A stretch of 64,000 nt of DNA, taken from Acidimicrobiales bacterium (GTDB lineage Bacteria > Actinomycetota > Acidimicrobiia > Acidimicrobiales > RAAP-2). The stretch lies in contig JBKQMB010000044.1 in NCBI GenBank assembly GCA_052326605.1, forward strand, positions 862-64,861, written 5' to 3'. Of the stretch, positions 39,827 to 46,760 are shown piece after piece. The notes below the pieces were generated by a model. It saw only the letters and a program-made list of their open reading frames with translations, made no database searches and had not been told where the DNA came from. The position numbers were made by a program, and so were the translations under genes. How positions within the stretch are numbered: the stretch's first letter is position 1; each line of letters begins with the position of its first letter.

Positions 39827-40819
39827 CTACGACCCCGTCCCGCCCCGGGCTCCGGGGCGGCGATCCGCCGGTAGGGACAGACCGTCGATGACGGCGCCCT
39901 CCCTGAGCCCCCATTCGCTGACCACCAGGCCCTGCAGGCCCAGGTGCTCCACCAGTGTGGAGAGCACCACTGCGCCGATGGGAAGCAGCGGTGCCCGGCG
40001 GGCCTGGATGCCGGGCAGGGCCAGGCGGCCTCCGAGATCGAGGGCGGCCAGCCGCTCGGCCAGTTCGTCGAGCTGCCCTGCAGGCAGCTCGACCTGGTTG
40101 ACCTGGAGCGATGACGCGGAAGCGGGTGGTGGTCGGTGCAGGCCCATGGCCAACCGGGCCAGGGCGCGTACGGTCCCCCCGCTGGCGATCACCCGCCCGG
40201 TTGCCGAAGGATGGCGGCGGAGCATCTCGAGGATGGGCTCGGCCCGGGACGTCGTCGCCTCCCTGATGGCCAGGCGGTCATCGGGGGTCAGCACTTCGCC
40301 GGTCTCCATCTCCCCTTGGATCCGGGCCGTCCCGAGGGCGACGCTGGCGACCGCACACACCTGGTCGACGGTCCCGATGCCCGCCTCGAGGCTCCCGCCT
40401 CCGAGGTCGAGCCCCAGCACCGGGTCGTGGCCCACCCACACCCCGGCGCGCTGCCCCAAGAAGCACAGGCGCGCCTCCTCCTCGCCACTCAGCAACGTGA
40501 CCTGGTGACCCAGTACCCGCTCGAGCCGGTCGAGCAGCCCACCTCCGTTGCCGGCGTCCCTCAGTGCGGCCGTGGCCATCGCCACCACCACGTCGGCTCC
40601 GGCGTCGTCGGCCGCCACCCGTAACCTGCGGACCGTCCGTACCGCTGCCGCCGCCCGGTCGGCGGGGACGTCCCCCGTCCGCGCCACCTCGGTGCCCAGG
40701 TGGAGGAACGAACGCCTGCGCAGCACCGGATCCAGCCGACCGTCGCGGGACGCGTCCACCACCATCAGGTGGAACGAATTGCTGCCCAGGTCGAACACGG
40801 CTACTCGCACGGTGGGCAT
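39827..40819 (-). CDS. ppx: Ppx/GppA-family exopolyphosphatase
   Basis: VAVFDLGSNSFHLMVVD...DLGGGSLE motifs. The ATG is at 40819. The maximal ORF runs on into the tRNA remnant and was rejected. Confidence 0.85.
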   Translation of the reverse strand: MPTVRVAVFDLGSNSFHLMVVDASRDGRLDPVLRRRSFLHLGTEVARTGDVPADRAAAAVRTVRRLRVAADDAGADVVVAMATAALRDAGNGGGLLDRLERVLGHQVTLLSGEEEARLCFLGQRAGVWVGHDPVLGLDLGGGSLEAGIGTVDQVCAVASVALGTARIQGEMETGEVLTPDDRLAIREATTSRAEPILEMLRRHPSATGRVIASGGTVRALARLAMGLHRPPPASASSLQVNQVELPAGQLDELAERLAALDLGGRLALPGIQARRAPLLPIGAVVLSTLVEHLGLQGLVVSEWGLREGAVIDGLSLPADRRPGARGGTGS

Positions 40820-40911
40820 CGGCGTGACGCTATCCCGTACGGCGGGGTCGGGGGAACGCCGCCTGTCCGGTGGCCTACGCTGTGATCCGGCGGCGCGGGA
40901 TGGCGTCGCAA

Positions 40912-40950
40912 CGGGAAGTAGCGCAGCTTGGCAGCGCGCCTGCTTTGGGA
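40912..40950 (+). repeat. attL: orphan 5' half of tRNA-Pro(UGG) (positions 1 to the end of the anticodon loop)
   Basis: CGGGAAGTAGCGCAGCTTGGCAGCGCGCCTGCTTTGGGA is identical to 50871-50909. The sequence after 40950 is unrelated to a tRNA. Confidence 0.9.
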
Positions 40951-41099
40951 CTAGCCAGACGTGAGCGCTGTGCTGACCTGCGGCTGTGCAGGTCGGATGC
41001 AAGCGATCCTCGTGGTGTTATCCGCTCAACTTTCACCGCTGTCGCCCTGAACATTCCCCCACGATCCCCCTTGCGCCTCGCAAACGGTCAGGGTGGGGG

Positions 41100-42752
41100 T
41101 CAGGTGCGGGCGTCCTCAGCCGCAGCGAAGTCTGCCTCGACGCTCTCGTTGTCCTCGACCAGATCCATCAACTCGCGGAGCGTCGTCACCGGCAGGGCGT
41201 CCCGGGGCCAAGACTCCGTGTAGCCGTCGAACTTTCCGCCATCGGTGCTCCCATCCGGTTGGATTCCCCGGTCATGGAGCGCCTTGAGGATGGATGTCTC
41301 CCAGGCCTTCGCCAGGTTGCCATCCATCGGACCTCTCAGGTCCAGTAGGTTCCACCCGCCCTTCTCGTGCTGGGACAGTCGCGACTTCGGATCGTTTGTT
41401 ATGCCAATCTGAGTTAGCCCCCAAGAGGGATGATCCAACAGATAGAGCCAGCCCCTCGCCGACGAATCAAAGCCATGCTTGGCACAACGTGGGCAGCCGT
41501 TTCCCGCTAAGCGATTGTTACCGGGGGCTTGCCACTCGTGATCCGGTCCTTCCGGGCACTTCCACCAGAGTCTCGTGTGGGTTCCCGCGACCACATCGGC
41601 GGGAGTCAGGTCGCCGTTCTTCGTCGGGTGGAACTGGGCGGCAAGCTCCGGGAAGTTGGCCAGGCTGTTGGTCACCGACACCTGGAATCCTGCGCAGAAG
41701 GGGCAGCCGCTTCTGTAAACACGCCTGTTCCCGGTGGTTTGCCACTCGTGGTCCGGTCCCTTCGGGCACTTCCACCAGAGCTTCTTCACGGTTCCCGCCA
41801 CCACATCACTGGGGTTCAGGTCGCCGTTCTTCGTCGGGTGGAACTGGGCGGCAAGCTCCGGGAAGTTCGCCAGAGTGTTGGTCACCGACACCTGATAGCC
41901 AGCGCAGTAGGGGCAGCCGCGTCTACGGCCTACTCGGCCATTGCCGGTGGCTACCCACTCGTGGTCCGGTCCTTCCGGGCACTTCCACCAGAGCCTCGTG
42001 TGGGTTCCGGCCGTTACATGTGCGGGTGTCAGGTCGCCGTTCTTCGTCGGGTGGAACTGGGCGGCAAGCTCCGGGAAGTTCGCCAGACTGTTGGTCACCG
42101 ACACCTGATAGCCAGCGCAGTAGGGGCAGCCCCATCCACTCATACGGCCGCTCCCAGGCGCCTCCCACTCGTGGTCCGGACCCTGCGGGCACTTCCACCA
42201 GAGCCTCCTGTTTGTTCCCGCCACCACATCGGCGGGGGTCAGGTCGCCGTTCTTCGTCGGGTGAAACTGTGCCGCTAGCTCCGGGAAGTTCGCCAGGCTG
42301 TTGGTCACCGACACCTGGAATCCTGCGCAGAAGGGGCAGCCGCTTCCACTAACACGGTTGCCTCCGGTGGCCTCCCACTCGTGGTCCGGTCCCTCGGGGC
42401 ACTTCCACCAGAGCCTCCTGTTTGTTCCCGCCACCACATCGGCGGGGGTCAGGTCGCCGTTCTTCGTCGGGTGAAACTGTGCCGCTAGCTCTGGGTAGTT
42501 GGCCAGGCTGTTGGTCACCGACACCTGTCTGCCCGCGCAAGCGGGGCAGCCGCTTCCATTAATGCGGTTGTTCCCGGGGGCTTGCCACTCGTGATCCGGT
42601 CCTTTCGGGCACTTCCACCAGAGTCTCGTGTGTGTTCCCGCGACCACATCGGCGGGGGTCAGGTCGCCGTTCTTCGTCGGGTGCCACTGAGCCGCCAAGT
42701 CAGGGTGGGTGACCGCAAGGTTGTGAGTCTCAGACGCCCTGGCACCGCCCAT
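41100..42752 (-). CDS. Six-module zinc-ribbon (DUF4379-like, CHCC) array fused to a GIY-YIG-superfamily-like C-terminal domain
   Basis: Six repeats of HPTKNGDL...LWWKCPxGPDHEW...GCPxCAG...NSLANFPELAAQF. The tail reads GWLYLL...QIGITNDPKSRLSQHEKGGW. Confidence 0.85.
   Translation of the reverse strand: MGGARASETHNLAVTHPDLAAQWHPTKNGDLTPADVVAGTHTRLWWKCPKGPDHEWQAPGNNRINGSGCPACAGRQVSVTNSLANYPELAAQFHPTKNGDLTPADVVAGTNRRLWWKCPEGPDHEWEATGGNRVSGSGCPFCAGFQVSVTNSLANFPELAAQFHPTKNGDLTPADVVAGTNRRLWWKCPQGPDHEWEAPGSGRMSGWGCPYCAGYQVSVTNSLANFPELAAQFHPTKNGDLTPAHVTAGTHTRLWWKCPEGPDHEWVATGNGRVGRRRGCPYCAGYQVSVTNTLANFPELAAQFHPTKNGDLNPSDVVAGTVKKLWWKCPKGPDHEWQTTGNRRVYRSGCPFCAGFQVSVTNSLANFPELAAQFHPTKNGDLTPADVVAGTHTRLWWKCPEGPDHEWQAPGNNRLAGNGCPRCAKHGFDSSARGWLYLLDHPSWGLTQIGITNDPKSRLSQHEKGGWNLLDLRGPMDGNLAKAWETSILKALHDRGIQPDGSTDGGKFDGYTESWPRDALPVTTLRELMDLVEDNESVEADFAAAEDART
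41478..42710 (-). repeat. Six in-frame tandem 210-bp repeats (70-aa zinc-ribbon units; the last unit is truncated)
   Basis: The periodicity can be read in both the DNA and the protein. It includes a perfect 95-bp match between 42187-42281 and 42397-42491. Confidence 0.9.
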
Positions 42753-42804
42753 GAAGTGATGTTACCGAGGGGAGCAGTCGCGATTCCTCACCCCAATCCC
42801 AGGT

Positions 42805-43176
42805 TTACGGAATGCGTAGCGAGAGATGGAGCGCCAGGGCTTCGTCCACCTGATCCATGACCGCCGTTGGAAGAGTGTTGATCAAGTTCCCAAGGCGTTC
42901 CTTGGCCACTGTCAGAAGTTGGCCGCAGTAGATAGTCCCACCTTGCTGGTCTAGAAGGTCAGGAGGAAGAGACACATTCTGCGGGTACTGCCTCCGAGGG
43001 ATGGTGTGAGTGATCGCCACGACCGTCACCACCGATCCAAACTCATTGCCTACATCGTTAGACACGACCAGAGCCGGACGCTCGCCTGCCTGTTCGGAGC
43101 CTCGCGTGGGCGAGAAGTCCACCGAATACACTTCGCCGCGACGAGGAGGAATGGGCACCGACGCAGGGTACCGCAC
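42805..43176 (-). CDS. mazF: Type II toxin, PemK/MazF-family endoribonuclease
   Basis: RGEVYSVDFSPTRGSEQAGERPALVVSND...VVAITHT...GTIYCGQLLTVAKERL is a MazF/PemK signature. It has a GTG start at 43176. Confidence 0.9.
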   Translation of the reverse strand: MRYPASVPIPPRRGEVYSVDFSPTRGSEQAGERPALVVSNDVGNEFGSVVTVVAITHTIPRRQYPQNVSLPPDLLDQQGGTIYCGQLLTVAKERLGNLINTLPTAVMDQVDEALALHLSLRIP

Positions 43177-43183
43177 CCCTATT

Positions 43184-43456
43184 TCAGTAGGGGTTGTCCA
43201 TCGACTGGATTGCGGCCGGGGCGGCGAACTCGGCGATGGCGAGTGATGCCGCTGCCTGCTCCTCGTAACCTTGACGCAGGAGAATGACCTTCCACATTGG
43301 CATCCCGGGAGGGGCCTTGCGCACTGGCACGGTCATAGTCGTCCCTGCGAAGCTCGCCCGAAGATAGGCGCTGGTCACTCGCGCAGAAGTTGCCTCGTTG
43401 ATCCCGGAAGGGGAATAACCGTCGGGATTCGTCGCCACTAGTTCGGTGACTGTCAT
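43184..43456 (-). CDS. Hypothetical 90-aa protein in the antitoxin position (no recognisable MazE/AbrB, RHH or HTH motif)
   Basis: The ATG at 43456 overlaps the DUF3467 stop (ATGA). Its stop is 7 nt before the mazF GTG. Third codon positions look coding. The alternative frame 43179..43493 is Arg/Ser/Asp-rich and less protein-like. Confidence 0.55.
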   Translation of the reverse strand: MTVTELVATNPDGYSPSGINEATSARVTSAYLRASFAGTTMTVPVRKAPPGMPMWKVILLRQGYEEQAAASLAIAEFAAPAAIQSMDNPY

Positions 43457-43773
43457 TGTGGCTCCTTTCCGGCATTCGGCCCAGGTCGCTCATTAGCCGC
43501 CATGGCTTTCATGGCATCTTCTCGCAGGCTGACATTCGTTGCCAACGCCCTCAACATGTCATCGACGACTGTAGGCGGAACCTTGATGCGCGCCACCACT
43601 CGGGCAGGAACATTGACCACCGATTCGCCAACCTGAGACTGCGGCAGTCCAGTGACCATGAAATCCAGCGTGAACTCGTGCAGGGTGTGCCAAACGCCTA
43701 TGAAGTTGGCGTAGATGTTCGGCAGGTCGTCCGGCACTTCGATTTGGAAGTTCGTGGTCGGTTCCTCAGGCAT
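43453..43773 (-). CDS. DUF3467-family protein
   Basis: NFQIEVPDDLPNIYANFIGVWHTLHEFTLDF...ARVVARIKVPPTVVDDMLRALATNV fits the DUF3467 pattern I recall (I.I...YaN...v.Hs..EF.lDF ... R..m.P..ak.l..aL). The ATG is at 43773. Confidence 0.75.
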   Translation of the reverse strand: MPEEPTTNFQIEVPDDLPNIYANFIGVWHTLHEFTLDFMVTGLPQSQVGESVVNVPARVVARIKVPPTVVDDMLRALATNVSLREDAMKAMAANERPGPNAGKEPQ

Positions 43774-43868
43774 GACTGAACCATCGTTACACAGGTCAGC
43801 CTCACCAGGCTTGTCAGCGAGGGCCACATCCCCCAGCCTGAACGGTTGCGGCCACGCCAGCCGGGCTG

Positions 43869-44522
43869 TCAGGCGGTCGCGGCGAGTACGTCCAGAGAAA
43901 CTGAGCCGATGACAGCCCTGACCGTAGAAGCGTGCCACCTTCCGCCTCGGGCGGTAGGTATTGCCTCGGCATTCAGATCGTCGGCGACAGCTCGCAGGGA
44001 ACGGCCAGCTGCCCTCTCGGCGGCGATGCGGAGGCGCACGCCCTCGGCCAGCTCGACTGGGCGACCGAGACGGACACCACGGGCCTTCATGGCCTGCATG
44101 GCCTCGGAAGTCCGCTGGCCGATGATCCGGCGCTCCCACTGAGCTACGGAGCCGTAGATGTTGGCCATCAACTCGCCGGTCGGGGTGCTGGTGTCTACGT
44201 CTACGTCAAGGGCCACAAGCGACCAGCCGCCCCGCTTGGCCCGCTCAACCAGGGTGGCGAAATCCCGCACCGACCGGGACAGCCGGTCAAGTTTGGCGAC
44301 GGCCAGCACGTCAGCCTCGCCCCGGTCGAGGCGGTCGAGGGCGTCGGTCAGGGCCGGGCGGTGGATGTTGCTACCCGAGCGGCCCTCGTCGGTGTGGCTG
44401 CCCACCAGCTCCCAGCCACGGGCGTCGATGGCCTTGCCGATGGTGGCGGCCTGGGCCTCCAGTCCGTTGCCGGTGTCGGCCTGCTTGTCAGTGCTGACTC
44501 GGTGATAGGCGATCACTCTCAT
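43869..44522 (-). CDS. Small serine recombinase (resolvase/invertase family)
   Basis: MRVIAYHRVSTDKQ (catalytic Ser context), VAKLDRLSRS, and a C-terminal HTH (GRSLRAVADDLNAEAIPTARGGRW). Confidence 0.92.
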   Translation of the reverse strand: MRVIAYHRVSTDKQADTGNGLEAQAATIGKAIDARGWELVGSHTDEGRSGSNIHRPALTDALDRLDRGEADVLAVAKLDRLSRSVRDFATLVERAKRGGWSLVALDVDVDTSTPTGELMANIYGSVAQWERRIIGQRTSEAMQAMKARGVRLGRPVELAEGVRLRIAAERAAGRSLRAVADDLNAEAIPTARGGRWHASTVRAVIGSVSLDVLAATA

Positions 44523-44561
44523 GTGCCTAGTGTACATAAAAGGTTCCCATCTTGTACAGGA

Positions 44562-44699
44562 TGGGCAGGGGTGGGCGTGCCCGCGGGCGCTCAGCGGCGT
44601 CGGGGGTGATCGTGCTCTGAGCTTGTGGGCAACGGTGGGCGCTCAGGTGGGCATGCCCGCGGGCGGCGGGTCAGGTGCCCAGTGGGCAGGTGTGGGCGT
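44562..44699. repeat. Nested direct repeats with a palindromic core, upstream of the serine recombinase gene
   Basis: GGTGGGCGTGCCCGCGGGCG (44570-44589) matches GGTGGGCATGCCCGCGGGCG (44646-44665). Each contains the palindrome GCCCGCGGGC. TGGGCAGGGGTGGGCGT (44562-44578) matches TGGGCAGGTGTGGGCGT (44683-44699). Confidence 0.6.
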
Positions 44700-44708
44700 C
44701 TGGGCGAT

Positions 44709-45359
44709 CTACTTCACTTTGCCGAGAATCCGCACCGCAGTTGTGTTGTAGTAGGCGAGTTGCCAGTTCCCGGATGAGTCTCCGTAAGCCATCAGACGAC
44801 TTTGTATCTCGCCTGACGGTCCCGCGGTGTCGAACCAGTTGAGGTCTGCTCCTGGAGTAGGAGTGGATAGGACCAGCCAGTAGGTGGTCGAAGGCGAGAG
44901 GACGGGGCGGTCAACTGATCTGAACGAGTAGTTCTGTCCGTTCCAGTCTGTCGTGATCCTCGGTATCGAGATTTGGTCCAGCACCTGGCTGGCGTTGGGC
45001 TGACCACCTTGGTCGGGCACTAGGAGAAATACGGCAGTGTCGTTGGCTGCGCCGAATCTCCCCGAGAGCGGAGCCAGGTATTTGGTTACCTTGATCGAAC
45101 TGCCGGGGGGAGTGACGAAAGACAGCGCTACAGAGGCATTTCCGCCTACTGATCCGACCGTCTGTGACCCTCCAGTGATGTAGTAGTTGTACCAGTTGAC
45201 GCCGTTGTTGGTGAAGTAGTTGTCGTAGACCGTGGCGACTCTGGACGGACTCTGCGCCGCCCTAGCGGGGCCAGACAGTGATCCGAGAGCCAGGACGCTG
45301 GCCGCGACGGCAACCCCAACTAGCAGGATTACGGCTCGCAGGCGCTTTGGGTTTCTCAT
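44709..45359 (-). CDS. Secreted hypothetical protein (signal peptide; Asn/Ser/Thr/Tyr-rich beta-type sequence)
   Basis: MRNPKRLRAVILLVGVAVAASVLALGSLSGPARAAQ signal sequence, with AAGGA upstream of the ATG. The GC content is clearly lower than that of neighbouring genes (by eye). Confidence 0.7.
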   Translation of the reverse strand: MRNPKRLRAVILLVGVAVAASVLALGSLSGPARAAQSPSRVATVYDNYFTNNGVNWYNYYITGGSQTVGSVGGNASVALSFVTPPGSSIKVTKYLAPLSGRFGAANDTAVFLLVPDQGGQPNASQVLDQISIPRITTDWNGQNYSFRSVDRPVLSPSTTYWLVLSTPTPGADLNWFDTAGPSGEIQSRLMAYGDSSGNWQLAYYNTTAVRILGKVK

Positions 45360-45501
45360 TGGGGGGTCCTTTTCCTTGGGCGGCCCACTCCAGCAGCGAG
45401 CCGGAGATGCGCCCGCCCCCTCTCCACCGGCACCTCCTGCATGAGCAACGGTACGCCGGTACCTGGACCGTCAACAGGGCCAAAGGGCACAACCCGGCGC
45501 T

Positions 45502-45557
45502 GTCATCCCTGCTGTCATCCGACCTCCGTTGTCGCCCCGTCATCCCTGGTGTCATCC
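45502..45557. repeat. Four GTCATCC heptamers arranged as two 19-bp direct repeats (operator- or iteron-like) in a divergent intergenic region
   Basis: GTCATCCCTGCTGTCATCC (45502-45520) and GTCATCCCTGGTGTCATCC (45539-45557). The heptamers are 12 bp apart within each pair, and the pairs are 37 bp apart. Confidence 0.6.
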
Positions 45558-45687
45558 GGTCGGTCGGGGGGCCAAAAGCAACCGCCCTACTTGCAACCCA
45601 ATCGGCGAATCCGCTAATGCTCCTCGGTCCTCGGGTCGATAGCGAGATGAAGGGAACCGCGGCAGGGGCGAAAGCGGAGCGAAGAAG

Positions 45688-46554
45688 ATGAGCGACACAT
45701 TGCAGGGACCTGGGTGGTGGCAGGCGTCCGACGGCAATTGGTACGCCCCCGAACTGCATCCCGACTACTCGCCTCCCAAAGCGCCCAGTCCTCCGCAACC
45801 ACCAGAAGTGCCCAATCTTCCTCACGCCACAGCGCCCGCAGCGCCCGGAGCGCAGGGGGCCAATACACCGCCGATACCAGGGTGGTGGCAGTCAGGCGAT
45901 GGTGGTTGGCATCCGCCACAGCCACCGTCTCCCCAGCCTCAGCCGCAGCCAACGTATTCACAGCAACCCACTCAGGCTTTCTCTCCCAGTCAGGAGAAGA
46001 AGTCGCGAACAGGCCTAACGGTCGCTCTCGTCGCGGTACTGGCGCTCTTGGTCGTTGGGGTGATTGCGGCCATCGCAGTCTCGAAGAAAAGCGGGCCATC
46101 GACGACGCCAACCTCAGCTCCTGCGGCAGCAAACACGTCCCCAACTTCGGCTTCCGCCCAGGCTGCTGCGCAAGCTTTTCTTGTGGCATTCAACAACCTC
46201 AACACTGCATCAAACGCTGATTCGGCACAACTCAACGCGAACATGCAGAGCGCGAATCCGGAACCAGTGGCTGCAACTGCCACTATCAACAGTTGGATCG
46301 CTAGCAGCCAGACATTCGATAGAGCGATGGGCTCCATTCAATTCCCCAGCGCCCTTCAATCCGACGTTCAACAAGTGATGTCGGCGAGTGCTGCCTTTCA
46401 GTCGGGCCTGCAACAACTCGGTGCCAACACGGACAACATCAGCAACTACAACTCGGCATTGTCCTCGCTGACCCCATTGAAGGCGAACTTAGTCGCAGCC
46501 ACCAGTGTGTTGGGCGAGGCACTTGGATTGACAAAAGCCACCACGTCTCCGTAG
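45688..46554 (+). CDS. Single-pass membrane protein with two N-terminal GWWQxxDGxW motifs, a Pro-rich linker and an Ala/Ser/Asn/Gln-rich C-terminal domain
   Basis: PGWWQASDGNWYAP and PGWWQSGDGGWHPP (DUF2510-like short motif), a TM segment (LTVALVAVLALLVVGVIAAIAV), and GCGGAG 8 nt upstream of the ATG. Confidence 0.7.
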   Translation: MSDTLQGPGWWQASDGNWYAPELHPDYSPPKAPSPPQPPEVPNLPHATAPAAPGAQGANTPPIPGWWQSGDGGWHPPQPPSPQPQPQPTYSQQPTQAFSPSQEKKSRTGLTVALVAVLALLVVGVIAAIAVSKKSGPSTTPTSAPAAANTSPTSASAQAAAQAFLVAFNNLNTASNADSAQLNANMQSANPEPVAATATINSWIASSQTFDRAMGSIQFPSALQSDVQQVMSASAAFQSGLQQLGANTDNISNYNSALSSLTPLKANLVAATSVLGEALGLTKATTSP

Positions 46555-46760
46555 GTGAGGCTCCCAATCGAGGCCTCCTCGGCGCCAATGGCGGGGGAGC
46601 CAAAAACAATAACCCCTGACGCAACCGAATCGGGCCGTTTTCAATCGCCGCCGTGTGAACCAAAATCGGCGTTTTGGCAACCCCCTTTGGCAGAACCGCA
46701 TCGCCGCCGATCTGGCGGCTCAGGCGGGGTCAGTCACCACCGCGTCTGTGTCTACCGGAA

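Noticed and set aside
40912-40950. Possible second tRNA-Pro gene
   Set aside because: Only the first 39 nt (through the anticodon loop) are present. No 3' anticodon-stem strand, T arm or acceptor 3' strand follows. It is interpreted as attL of the integrated element.
41294-42352. 352-aa and 249-aa plus-strand ORFs with conspicuous internal repeats
   Set aside because: They are antisense shadows of the six zinc-ribbon units. The minus-strand frame carries the conserved Cys/His ligands and the GIY-YIG-like tail, whereas these frames are Arg/Ser/Pro-rich.
41478-42710. Regularly spaced 210-bp repeats (and the 126-bp repeats at 9241-9993 and 58423-59166) considered as CRISPR-like or satellite arrays
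   Set aside because: The repeats are contiguous with no unique spacers, are far longer than CRISPR repeats, keep one open reading frame, and encode conserved protein modules. No cas genes are present.
44521-44751. 76-aa plus-strand ORF across the recombinase-upstream repeats
   Set aside because: It is Gly/Ala/Trp-rich, its translation is driven by the GTGGGC-type DNA repeats, it has no SD, and it overlaps the ends of two well-supported minus-strand genes.
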